A stretch of DNA of 64,000 nucleotides from Lama guanicoe (lineage: Eukaryota): contig MU054323.1 in assembly GCA_013239625.1 (NCBI GenBank), positions 20,233,082 through 20,297,081 on the forward strand, read 5' to 3'. The first letter of the stretch is position 1; each line of letters begins with the position of its first letter. Under the pieces are notes generated by a model, which did not search any database, was not told the origin of the DNA, and saw only the letters and a program-made list of their open reading frames with translations. The position numbers and the translations under genes are program-made. This document shows, one piece after another, positions 1-12,654 of this stretch.

Positions 1-670
1 TGTTATACAAAATGCCAGTTGAAATTTATATTTTGGCAAGATGATACAAAGAGATGGGGAGAAGGAAGATAGAGGTAAAGAAATGATTAACACCTATGGT
101 GGTTATCACATTAAGAAAAAAACAATTTAACATGGAGTAGAGTTTCGTTACAGAACAAAGAAGTGTTTTCCTTCTCTTGAGTCCTGTTCACTTTTTATTT
201 TGAAGTATTTTTAGGAAGCAGAAAAGAGAGACTAATTTGTTAATTATGAACCTGCCAGCCAACTTTGTCTTCCCTTATTATGACATACGTATTTGCTTCA
301 GATTCTTGTAGTGCAGTGTACACTTCCCAACCCCACTGCCTTCCTGGTTTCCCCACAGGGGAATTGCTGTGTCAACTTCAGTGTGTCTTTTTCCATTCTT
401 GGATTTATACTTGAGCTACATATGTATGTATTTATCTAGAGCATTGTTTTTGCATTTTTAAAAGTGGTATTTTACATATGTGTCCTTCTGCAGATTGCTT
501 TCTTGCCCAGTATCAAGTTTCTGAGATTTATCCATGTTAGTATGTGGATTCATTATTTTTAGGTTCAGAATAGAATTCCACTACATGACTATAGTGTAAT
601 TTATCCATTCTTCTTTTGACCTTTTGCAGTTAATTTGCAACCCCCCTCAGGTTTAACTTGTTCTCTTTTT

Positions 671-802
671 TTTTTTATGGGGGGAGGTAATTTAGGTTTA
701 TTTATTATTCTTTTTTTTTTAAGCAGAGGTGCTGAGAATTGAACCCAGGACCTTGTGCATGCTAGGCATGCACTCTAACCACTGAGGTATACCCCCCTCC
801 CT
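671..802 (-). mobile_element. tRNA-Ala-derived SINE (camelid-type), full length
   Basis: The reverse complement has A- and B-box-like motifs (GGTTCAATTC), the AATAAATAAACCTAAATTACCTCCCCCC tail and poly-A; 15-bp TSD ACTTGTTCTCTTTTT at 656-670 and 803-817. Confidence 0.9.
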
Positions 803-817
803 ACTTGTTCTCTTTTT

Positions 818-2335
818 GATATAATTTACATACCATATATAATCTACCACTTTAAAAGGTATATAATTTAGTGGTTTTTAGTATATTTACAAATTTATGC
901 AACTGTAACTATCATTTAATTCCAGGACATTTTTATCACTCCAAGAAGAAACCCTGCATCTATTAGCAGTCACTCTTGTCTATTTCCCCGTTCACTTATC
1001 CTCTGGCAGCCACTGGTCTACTTCCTGTCTCTCTGGATTTGCCTATTCTGGATTTTTCAGATAAATGGAATCATATAATATGTGGCCTTTTGTGTTTGTC
1101 ACTTTTGTAATGTTCCATTTAGTATAATGTCTCAAGGTTCATCCATGTTGTAGCATGAATCAGCATTTACTTCCTCTTTATGGCTGAATGATAAATACCC
1201 CATTGTATGGATATACCTTCGTTTATCCATTTATCAGACATTTGGGTTGTTTCCATTTTTTGGCAGTTATGAGTAATGCTACTATAAACATTCATGTTCA
1301 GGTTTTCATGTTGACATATTTCCAGTTCTCTTGACCTAGGAATGTAATCACATGGTTATATGGTAACTCTTTTTAGCAATTTGAGGAACTGTTGGGCTGT
1401 TTTACAATGCAGCTGCACCATTTGATATTCCCATCAATAATGTACAAAGATTACAATTTCTCCACATTTTTGCTTACTATCTTTTTGATTATAGTCATTC
1501 TAGTCTATAGGAAATAATCTCATTGTAGTTTTGATTTGCATTTCCCTAGTGACTAATGATGTCAAACATCTTTTCATATACTTACTGGCTCTTCGTGCAT
1601 CTTCTGGAGAAATGTCTATTCAAATCCATTGCCCATTATTTAATTGGGTTTTCCTTTTATTGTTGAATTATAAGAGTTCTTTATATATCCTGGATACTAG
1701 ATCCTTATGAGATACATGATTTGCAAATATTTTTTCCAGTTCTGTGGGTTGTCTCCTTTTTTAGAGTATCCTTTTAAGGACAAACATTTTAATGTTAATT
1801 CCAGTTTATCTGTTTTTTCTTTGGTTGCTTATGATTTATTTCGGGTGCCATAGTGAAGAAACTTGCCTATCCCAAGATCATGAAGATTTATTTAGCACCA
1901 TTTTTATTCATTTCCCCAGTGAGTTGTCTTGGCACACTTTTCCAAAATCATTTAACTAGAAATTTATGGGCTTATTTCTGGACTCTCAGTTATATTGTAT
2001 TTAATTTGTGCCTATCCTTATTTCAATACCATGTAGTCTTGGTTGTTGTAGCTTTGAAGTAAGCTTTGAAATCTGGAAGTATGAGTCCTGTTAAATTTTT
2101 TCTTCTTCAAAATTATTTGGGCTATTCTAGGTAGCTTACATGTCCATACAAATTTTAGGATTAGCTTGCCAAGTTTTACAAAAAAGGTAATTGGAGTTTT
2201 GGTAGAGGTTGCATTGAATCTGTAGATAAGAAGGAGTATTGCCATCTTAACAATATTAAATCTTCCAATCTGTGAACATAGTTTTTCCATTTATTTAGAT
2301 CTTCATACATTCCCTCAGTATAGTTTCCTTCTGTA
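818..2335 (-). mobile_element. LINE-1 fragment (3' UTR and 3' part of ORF2), degraded
   Basis: ORF 2018-2290(-) reads [39 protein letters not shown], an L1 ORF2 remnant; typical L1 3' UTR text such as 'ttgatttgcatttccctagtgactaatgatgtcaaacatc'. Confidence 0.9.
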
Positions 2336-3793
2336 TTCTTGCTCCCATCCATGCCCCCCATGCCTTACTGCTAATAAACTGTGTTTTCTGAAGCTTTGCC
2401 ACCTGTAAAGAAAGTGCAGTAAATAATTTGGTATCAGTCTTTCTATCATTGTGATGTTTGTATGGGACTTCTACTTTAATAACTTTTAGAAGGTGGCAAA
2501 TTTAATGTTTCATCAAGCTTTGTAAAATGGTTTAAAACATTATAATATAAATATATTACCATGGACATGATTTTTGATGATAATAGCTATATTTGATCTT
2601 TTAAATTTTTTTATTTTCTAAATGCCAGTTTTTGTCATTATGGTTATTTTATGTGTTTAGGATGTTAATGGCATGGGAGTCATTCCTATTCAGAAGCCAA
2701 TATAAGTGTATACAAGTATATAAATGAAATTTAACTTAAAAGTTTCAGATGCTCTTCTGGTGATTTCTAAGTTTGGTTAGGTTAAACTTCAGAGATTTTA
2801 GTCAAGATTGGCTGCTATTACCATTATTTGTAGAGCTTGTTGCTGCTTTAGCCCTATAGGGTACACATTAGAGTTCAGTTAGTTGCATTTTACGGAACAG
2901 CAATTTATCAAATCCTAATTAGGTAAAGAGTATAATTTTGTATGTGGTATTTGCTGGTTTTAATAGTGCCAGTGCAGCAATAACGTCATTGGTCTCCGCT
3001 GGTAAAATGTTATTAGACTTGCAAGTAAATGGCTCTGGTAGCGCTGTGCTTCCCTTTGAGTAGTTCATTATAAAGAACATTCAGAGAATTTTAAATCACA
3101 TTATTCTGTTTTTGAGCTTGGTGTGTCTTTTTCTAAATCAGTTTCTAAGTTTTACAGGTTCATTTTCAATTCAGAGTTTTAAAAGTTTGAAAGTAGAGAA
3201 GACCTGACACCTAGCCCATTCATTGCCCTCACACGATCCAGAGGAACTACAGCGAGGGGCTCCTGTATGATAAAACTTCTTTTGTGGTCCTGGGTCCATA
3301 TGTAAGAAAATTGAAAGAATAGTGAGGAACAGAAATGTGCTGTGTGTGTGTTGCCAGTTAGTGTCCAAAAGTTACGGCCTCTGAGGCCTAACCTGGGGCT
3401 TTACTTCCTGTGTGAAAAGCCAGCTGCCCACTCCTGGACTGAGTTGTCAGTGCTCCTGCTATTCCCATAGCTACCCGCTCTGGTCCAGGTAAGGCTGCAG
3501 AGGATCTGTGAGCCTCTACAGGTTTTATATTTTTAAAAATTTTATAAATTATTTGGAATTATATCTGTAAATGACATCTGCGGTTTTTTGGTTTTTGTTT
3601 TTTTCCTTTAAAAAGAGTATTAAATGCAGGGTTAAAAAAAAAATCTCAGGTAAAACTTTCTCTCTTTCCTGTCCGTTTCTTCCAACTCTGCTTCCCAAAG
3701 GCAAACACTTTGAATTTTCTTCTTATTAGTAACTTTTTTGCTCACTGATCATCTCCAGCACCTTGATAGCGCCTGTTCTGGTGCCTAATAATA

Positions 3794-4772
3794 CAGTTGA
3801 CTCTTCAACACTGCAGAGGTTAGGGTGCTGATTCCCTGCACAGCTGAAATTCTGTGTATAACTTGACTTCCCCCAGCCAAGCTTAACCAGTAGCCTACTG
3901 TTGACCAGAAATCTTAACATAAACAGTTGATTAACACATATTTTGTATGTTATGTGGATTATGTACTGTATTCTTAAAGTAACTAGAGAAAAGAAAATAT
4001 TAAGAAAATCATAAGGAAGAGAAAATACATTTATAGTACAATGCTGTATTTATTGATACATAAGTTTATGTTGTCTGATTATGAATTGTCTGACAATACC
4101 TATGTCAGTATTGTCTTATACAATACAAAACATTGTAGGTGTTATCTATATTACTAACACTAGCCATCAAAAATGAAAAAAAAGGTGAAAAATTCATATT
4201 TATTTACAGGTATAATGATCTATGCATTAATGATGGAGAGGTAGCAATATGATTATGGTAGCCTAGTGTAAAAATACCATTGTTTCACAATAGCTTAGCC
4301 TATATGATAATTAATAAATCATTTAAAAATTTTTATAGCACATAAATAATATTACAGTCATATAAATAGTACACTATTGGAAACATTTTTACATTAAAAA
4401 AAAAAACCCAGCAGGCTGATAAAGCAGTTTTTCCAATTATGAGAGGGAGGGAGAGTGAGGCACAATATAATGTATGGTAATGTAACTCTTTGAAAGTTAT
4501 AGGGCAATTAGAAAACTAACACAGTGTTTGTATAAAATATCACTCTATGCCTCTGTAAGGATAGACTATTATCTACATTTATTTTATGAATTCATGACAT
4601 ACCTTTTTCTTAATTTTTTCCATATTTCTGATCTATGTGGTTTATCTGACCTTTTTCAAATTGTTGCAAATCTCCAAAAATTTTTCCAGTGTACTGTAAA
4701 TACAATATTGAAAAAAATTCACATGTAAGTGGACTTGTGCAGTTAAAACTCACATTGTTCAAGGGTGGACTG
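3794..4772. mobile_element. Tigger2-like Tc1/mariner (pogo) DNA transposon, internally deleted
   Basis: Terminal inverted repeats CAGTTGACTCTTCAACA ... TGTTCAAGGGTGGACTG flanked by TA on both sides (3792-3793, 4773-4774); subterminal sequence resembles Tigger2 as I recall it. Confidence 0.85.
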
Positions 4773-5949
4773 TAAATCTTGATTGAATGAATAGAAGGTT
4801 GCCCTTACTCTGTTTTCAGATGTGATAGCTTAATATGCAGTTCTAGGTTGACTATCACTTTTTATCTTGGATGGCATTGCTCTGCCATCTTAGCACATAG
4901 TGTTGCTATTCTTCTGTGATTCCACTCTAATTCTGGTTTCTTTGCTCGTGCCGATACTTCCTTCCTGTGAATGTTTGGGATCTTCCCATGTTACTACTTA
5001 AACAAAAAAATTAAGTATGTTGGGAATTCAATCTGGACACTCATCTTGTTCAGTAAGGGGAAATTTTCTTGAATCATTTCTTTGATAGGTCCTCCCTCAT
5101 CCCTTTCCCCCCCAAAAAGAAGTGAAAGAATCTGTTTTCTCTATTTTTTCTTTCTGAGACTTCTATTAGTGGGTTGTTGGACCTCATTCATTGTTCTGTT
5201 TTCAGTCTTTAGGTTTTCAAGTTATCCCTTTTATTATTATTATTCTTGGGAGATTTTGGTAATATTATCTTATTCTCCTATTACTTTTTTATTTGTGTTA
5301 CTAATTTTGAAATGTGTTAACCTGTTTCTTGTTTTCTGATTATACTCTTCCTAAATGGAGTATTCAGGGATTCAGTGATTGTGTTGTAGATAGACTTTCA
5401 GCCCTTTCCTTCTCTTTTTTAGCTCTCACCCCACTCTTCTTTCCAGGGTACTTGGCATCTTCAAGGGCTAAGTCAGTGCACCCCCCTGTGCCTGCCTGCC
5501 CCATGGCATCCCTCTCTGTATGCACATAGATTGTCACTTCCTTCTCCTCACTAAGTGTGTACCTTTTTTTTTTTTATGTCTGCTTTCCATCTTCTAAAAC
5601 TTTTTTTAATCTAAAACTTAAAAAAATAAATCTTTCTTCCATTGTTGCTTCATTTTTCATTGTCATTGAAATGTTAATACATTTTAGTTGCTATTTTGGT
5701 GTGGTTTCATGGGGAAGAGGAAATATATGCATATGTTCCATCTGCCATTTTAAAATTGGAGTTCTTCCTCTTCCTTTGAGGTCTGGTAACTTAATTTTAT
5801 GGTTGTAATTCGAGTAGCAAGTTAAATATATAAATTTAAAATCAATTAGTTTGAAGAAAATAGTGAATAAAGGCTGATTTGATCTGTCTTAATAACCAAA
5901 TGGATAGTGTGCTTTGTAGTAATGAATTTTTTGAATTTTATTTTTGTAG

Positions 5950-6076
5950 AAGAAATTGAGGAAGAATCTGAAACAACAATTGAGGCTGACTTGACCGATA
6001 AACAGAAGCATCAGCTGAAACATAGGGAACTCTTTTTGTCACGCCAGTATGAATCTCTGCCTGCAACACATATCAG
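5950..6076 (+). CDS. MTA3: MTA3 coding exon (probable exon 4), BAH domain
   Basis: tttttgtag|AAGAAATT...CATATCAG|gtaaga; 127 nt; [42 protein letters not shown]. Confidence 0.97.
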
Positions 6077-8825
6077 GTAAGAACTTTTTAGAAGTTGATT
6101 TGAAGTACTCAGTAACATTGTGACAATTGAGGGAAAAAAAAAACTAAAACAACCTTTTTGAAGCATTTTCCAAACTCTCCTGACAATCTTGCTCAAATGA
6201 GTTCACTAAAGGCTTTATTATGTAATCTTATCTTGGAAATCCATAGTGTATATTAACATTTTAAAGCCCTGCAAGTGTTCTGTAGTAAAGTAACCATGTT
6301 AGCTTTGTTTTAATAGAGACTTTTCTAATATACTTCCATTTTGGGAAATGTTGGTCCTCTTCAGATTCCTAAAAAGTTTTATAGTTATTAAGATCCAAGA
6401 ACTAGATCCCAAGATTGGGTTCCCAGGCAGATGTCTCTTGACCTTATAGGATATAAGACTTTTTACTTATTTGTTTTTTGGGGGGACCTGTGGGATGAAA
6501 ACTTAAAATATTCTTCATTACTCAGCTTGCATCTGCTCTGTGCATTGGTGGGATGTAGAAGTGAAATCCAGTTCCTGGTTTGTAGTTTTAGGAGAATGGG
6601 ATGGTCTTTTATGATCTGGTGGTAGTAAGATTTAAGTATATATCCAGGTGAGCTCTTTCTCGGTGCTGTCTGTAATAGGTGCATCTTATTTGAAGGTGTG
6701 ACAAAATATTTGAACTCAAAAGACAGGCATTTACTTGGTGTCAGGAAAACTTCAGAAGGGGTTGGCATTTACTCAACCTTCGAGAGACTGTGGGGCGTGT
6801 TTCAGGTAAAGGGAACAGGCGAGCAAGGGTTTGTGCAGGGAGCAGCATGTGTCCAGGGTCATGGATATGGGGGATGCAGTGTTTTGTTCCCTCACGTTAA
6901 AGAAGTTCCTTCAACTTTTGTTCACAATCTTTCCTGCTTTTATTCAGTTCTTCAGTACTCATAATTGTCTTAAAAACACTTTATATACGGAAACAAAGCA
7001 TACTGCCAAAACACATTAACTTTTTTCAATTGAACATATTAACTGTGTATTGCAACAAATTGGCCCCTTCTCTTTAGCTTTGAATGTTGATATAAGTCTC
7101 TCTATTTTGGGCTCAGAACCGGTTTGGAGACTTCCTAAAGCTCTGATTTGGTTCGGAAGTAGACACAGAGATTTTATTTTCTAAGGCAGGAAATGTATGA
7201 CAAGGATACCAGAATTCCTTTTCCTGCAAATCTTTTCAGAAATAACTTGATCCCCCTCAGTAGTGAACATCATATTCTTGCTTTACTTAGGTTTTTTAAG
7301 GGACACTGTATTTAGATTGGCTAGAGTTAGTATATTCTGTGTGACTTAGGTCTTTTACTGGGAAAAATAATCAGGCCAAGTAATGTGGAAACAGTCACTT
7401 CCCCTACAAATAGGGGTTATTTCAAGAATTAGGAAAGGAAGTTACTTTTTGCTTAAAGAGATAAAACATGAAAGCATATTCTGTAATTTTCTTAAAGATG
7501 TATGTAACTAATAAATATTGAAGAGCCATATGCATTTATTATTTAATTGGAAGAAGCTAGAACATAAAGATTCACTTTAAACCCAAGAAGTTATGTGGCC
7601 AGTCATAAGAATCTTGCCAGCAGAAGAATCTGACAAATGGTTTTAAAGATGTATTCAAAACACACAAGTATATTTTTAATTTACCCTCCTGATAGCTTGG
7701 AATCTGTTTATAAGTAATGTTGGTTTCTTTTAACAGATTGCTTGGAATGGTAAAACTAGTGATATATTTCTCATCTTCCATACGGACTGAGAGAGTATAT
7801 TAAAATGTAATTTTCAAGACCCTCTTATGTTGAACATAGAAATTACATAGAATACATGATGATTCAGTCATGTTAAACACATTTCCTGAGTATATTCTCA
7901 GTTAGGGAGCTTACTAATGGCTTGATGAATGAGACAAGGTCCCTGGCTTGTAAATGCAAGGAGTTTAACTGGTGACGATTCTTTTGAATTATGAGGAAGA
8001 GATACAGGCATTTGAGGCTTTTGGTTTTTTTGTTCTTCAAGCTGAGGGAGATGCAGGCAGAGCCAAACAGCTGAATGGAATCAGGGGCAGTCTCTGGCCA
8101 AAGCATGGAGCTGCGCTAACCAGCCCTCACTCATGCTGATGGAGAACAAGTGCACGTTGGAGTGATCCTGACATTCTGCTCATGTTGAAGTCATGCCCTA
8201 TCTATTTGTGCTATAACAGGAAAAAATTACTGAAGTCCCATTGTTCTTTGGCAGCAAAGAGGGGTAATTTGATGAATACTGGCTTTTTATTCTCAGGAAC
8301 ATTATGAAGTGCCCAGAATTTCCTTGGTGATGTATGGAACATAGAAAACCTAACTGAGGCATTCCCTAGGGCCTTTGTAGTTTGTGAGCTGTAATAACTA
8401 ACTGGGTATGACAAGCTTCTCAAAGTGGCAGGGAGACAGCTCTTCCTTCTGATTCCACTGGAAGAGAAAGAATAGGACCAGGACAGTTTTCGGTAGAGTT
8501 AGTGATTCATCTCTTGTTTGTGAGATAGACAGGACTTGAACATGAGAATTCCTTTGGAACATTTTTCGGGGGGAAAGGGTGAGGCAGCCTACTTCATGCA
8601 CAGTGTCTTAGGTCATTAATAATAGATTACATGCTGCATATGCAACGAAGCACTGTAAAATTTATTATTATGCCAGCTGTTAGACCTGTCACATATTTTT
8701 ATACATACACATATAGATATGCATATACATATATATAAAATACTATATTCAGTTATATAGAGTCCATATTTATTGAACTTGGCTTTTTAAAAGTTCTAAC
8801 ATTTGTTGAACTTTTAGGTTCTTTT

Positions 8826-8945
8826 ATAATCCCCATTTTACAGATGAGGAAACTGAAGCACAAAAAAGTTAAGTAATTTGTCAGTCTCACAGCTTTTAAA
8901 TGGTAGGTTCAGAAATTGGACCCAGGTCACGTGGCTGCAGATATA
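8826..8945 (-). mobile_element. MIR SINE core fragment
   Basis: 'atccccattttacagatgaggaaactgaagcaca..gttaagtaatttg' is the MIR core motif. Confidence 0.8.
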
Positions 8946-9703
8946 CAGTATTATGATGCTATACATGCCTTAAGTGTTAAAAGGTATCAGAGACAGAAAG
9001 GAAGCTATTGAATAGATAGGCTCTTTGATTTTTCATTTTTTCACGTAACTTTTCTAAGTCAAACGAGCAGAACTAGATTAAAAACTGAGTTAAGCATATA
9101 AACTATGCTATTATACTAAAAGATGATGTTACAGTGTTAGAAAAATATACGTAGTGAATGGGAACTGCCTGCTTGATTGGGTGCCTGAGGTTTGGGATGT
9201 GTGGTCAAATGTCAGTTTTTCCTCATCTTGCACACACAAAGCTTGGCTTTTAAAAGCTGCTAATTACAGCATTGTATGTGTAATGATTAATGCCTCTTCC
9301 CAGCTTCTGGTGCAGCTAGTTAGTCATATTTAAACAGAGCCAATCTTTTCCTGCTTGCCAACATTGGGGTCTGGATTACAGCCTTTGAAGTTATGCTTCA
9401 TTGTGTCTTAAAAGCATTTCTTTAGGTACCCTTCGATTATTGGCCTCAATTTGTTCCATAGTAAGGGTTTTTGGACTAGTCTTGCTATGAGGAGTGAGTG
9501 AGTGGTGGTAGAGAAGCCATTATATCCATGTCATTAGACCTGGCTTTTCCTCAGAACATCAGTGGTGAGCCTGTTTACCTCGTTGCTGAACTTTGACTAT
9601 GCTTTTTTTTAAAAATCCAGAGGAACTCTCACAGAACCTGAATTTAATATCAGTAGTAGGATAGGTCTTAAAGATACAGATGCACAGTATTCAAGCAGTC
9701 TCT

Positions 9704-10138
9704 CTCTTTTTTTTGGAATTACAAAGCTACTTTTAATACTTTATGGTGAGCCCCACAGGAATCAGAAACACTGGGAAGGGGTAACCCCCTCACCCCCAGG
9801 AGTGACCCAGGGGGAGAGAGGCTACCTGAGGGGAAGGAAGCACAAAAGGGCCTCAGGGCAAAGGGAATGAGCACCACAGGAGAAATGCTAGTGTGGTGGG
9901 ACTGGCTTCAGGCACACAGGCGAAGGGCAAGAGGGTTGGACACGAAGCCACAAAGCTACTTGGGTTCCTCCTTCTTCTCATTTGCCTTTTTCTGCTTCTG
10001 CTGCATCGTCTCAGAGTCCCTCTGCTTGTGGGCGGCAGCAGAAAGCCCATCTTGGCGCTTGGCGCTTGGCGCTTTCCCTTAACCGAGTCGCTCTGCTTTT
10101 TCATGTTCTTCTGGTGCAACGGCAGCAGCTCTGGCCTC
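9704..10138 (-). pseudogene. SERF2: SERF2 (small EDRK-rich factor 2) processed pseudogene
   Basis: The minus strand encodes [15 protein letters not shown] and, in a shifted frame, [30 protein letters not shown]; intronless; ATTAAA signal (9732-9737), poly-A remnant (9707-9714) and 12-bp TSD CAAGCAGTCTCT at 9692-9703 and 10139-10150; the start codon region is missing. Confidence 0.93.
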
Positions 10139-12379
10139 CAAGCAGTCTCTTAGTGGCAGGGTGCTTCAGAGAAAGCTTCACATTCTTTTCCTTTTAAACA
10201 ATTTTTAGGTTAGGATTCCAGAGTATAATCATTATCATCACCATAATCACTTTTATTGCTTCATAGAAGGCTGGCTGCAACCGCAGTTTATAGTTAACAT
10301 TTCTTGGTTTAAACAATGTGATGCTGCCTCTACATTGTCTCTTCATCTCCGAGATGAGGAGCTTTCTTAATCCAGCTGAAAGAAGTATCTTCAGTTGCTG
10401 ATTAAAATCTTAGAGATTATGTATAAGTTGTGTAGATTGTTGAAGTCAGACAACATCTTAGCATGTAGGATTCTTAAAGTTTAGATCTTCCTTTTTTTCT
10501 TTTTCCTGCCAACAGTGGAACACAGTACACAGTAGCAGTTTGAATTTGAAGCTTGCCTAGTTTTCATTTAATTTTATTTTCGTTCTTTAAGAAAATAAAG
10601 GCATCAACAGATAGTGGAATAATCTCTTCTCCATTACTATTGACCTTAAATGAAATTTTAGATTGTGTGCCTTTCTCTCTTTATGAGAATTAAAGATTAA
10701 TATATGGAATCACAAGTTGCTTAGGACTCTGAGGGAGAGTGACTTACTTAGAGTCAACACCAAGCTTTTACATGGAGGGCTAGGAATAGGAAATCTATTT
10801 TGTATATATATCAGTCACCAAACAAAATGAATTTATGAGCCATATACCGCAACCATGAGAAAGGGAGAAATGGAAAAGCTTCTAGCCGGTAAGAGATATT
10901 TGGGGGATGGAATACTGTAGTTCCTGTCTTAACATCCAGTGTTTGTGAAGGTAGGGAAATAAATAACTCTTCTATATTTGTGTTTGTGTAATCAGAAAAA
11001 TCAAATTTTAATGTGCGTATATCCTTTGATGTAGCAGTTCCACTTTGATTTTTACCTGACAGAAGTTCTCATGCAAGTGTGTAGAAATATGTTTATTGCA
11101 GAATTGTTTTCTTTATTTTTAGTTAATGATTTTTTGAGAATAAATCAGATCATTTACATTACTAAGTGTGAGTCTATACCACAAGTGTAGTTAGGAACTT
11201 GGTGTTTGATAGATCTCAGAATTGTTTTAATATCAGAAAATGCAACCAACTTTCATATTTTTGCTTTATATTCCCATTTTTTTCTGAAAGGAAAACACAC
11301 TAAAGATAAAATGGAAAGAGTATTATTTTAAAATTTGCACATTTGGACATTAGATATAGAGGGAAAATGCCATTTTACATACATTTTTATCCCTTCCTTG
11401 CCTGACTGCATGGCTGGTTTTGATGAAGACATAATAGATGGAAATCTATGAAAAACTAAACTCTCTGTCTTCTCTTCCCCAGTAGTAAAGTAGTAACATT
11501 AGCTACTACTATTACTATTTGATAGCAAACCTAAGGGTATGTTTTTCAAATATTTTTATTGCAAAGTGCTAAATTTCCTTCAAGAATTATTCTGTCAGTT
11601 TATATTCCTACTACAGTATATTGTGAATATGCTCATTTTGCTGTTCCCTCAACATCATTAATATATTAAAATTTAAAAATAGACTTATTTATTTTCTGAT
11701 AGTGAAAGAATTATAATTTATTGTTGAAATGGGGGTAAATACTAAAAAGGACACAGACACACACCCAGACCCCTGTAATTCCTCCACCCAGCAGCACTGA
11801 CATTTTGATGTATCGTCAATGCATTTTTCTTTTCTAATCCTACGTGCATTTGTTGGATTTGGGCCGCGTGTTGTCGGCGTTTGCTTGGAATGAACGGCAG
11901 AGCTGCTGCACTCCTTGGGGCAGCTTCCTCTCTTGTTAAGTAGTACTTATTTTTCAGTGCTGCTGTTGTCAACTTTCCTCTTTCTAGGTTGGTTGATTTG
12001 TTTTTAAATATGTGAGAAATATGGTTGGAAAATGAACGATGGAACAGCAGGAGGAGGGGAGGAGGACAGTTAAACAAAGGCTGGAAAAATTCCATTCTTG
12101 GGACGTTAACAGACATGCCTGATAGGTCTGAAGTATGTGAAGGAGGAGAATGAATCTAGAGTAAGAATACTTTGTTACTCAGAAGGAGTGCTCATTCAGA
12201 AACCAGTCCAAGTGTTACTGTCTTGGAATGGGCAAAGATTTCTTAAGACTGAAGATATTCTATGTTTTCTTGAAGTTCTACTGTTTCATCTTTTGTATTT
12301 AAGTCTGTTTTATGTATATGGTGTGAGGAGGGGTTAGTTAGGAAACTAAGCTTAGAAGGTACTTTTTATAATATCAAGA

Positions 12380-12650
12380 AATAGCAAATATTTAGGAATA
12401 AATCTAAAGACAGATATCTAAAAAAAGGGGGGAAGGATGTGTAAAAACTACATAGAAACTACAAAGTATTGCTAAAGGAATGGAAAATTTAAGTTAATGC
12501 ATGGCAATATGGCAGTTTTCCCCAAATTGATCCAAAGATTCAGTGTAATTCCAGAGAAAAGCTTAGCAGGGTTCTGTGTGAGTGTGTGTATGTGTATAAA
12601 TTGAGAAGCTGATACTAAAATTTTGGGGAATGGGAAGGACTAAGAACAGT
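12380..12650 (+). mobile_element. Old L1 ORF2 fragment (resumes at about 13820-14060 after the Charlie insertion)
   Basis: 'aaatatttaggaataaatctaa', 'ttttccccaaattgatccaaagattcagtgtaattcca' and 'gaagctgatactaaaattt' are L1 ORF2-like. Confidence 0.7.
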
Positions 12651-12654
12651 GGAA

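Noticed and set aside
11742..12116. 124-aa minus-strand ORF over a mildly CpG-rich patch
   Set aside because: No recognisable protein similarity or exon context; the length is compatible with chance.
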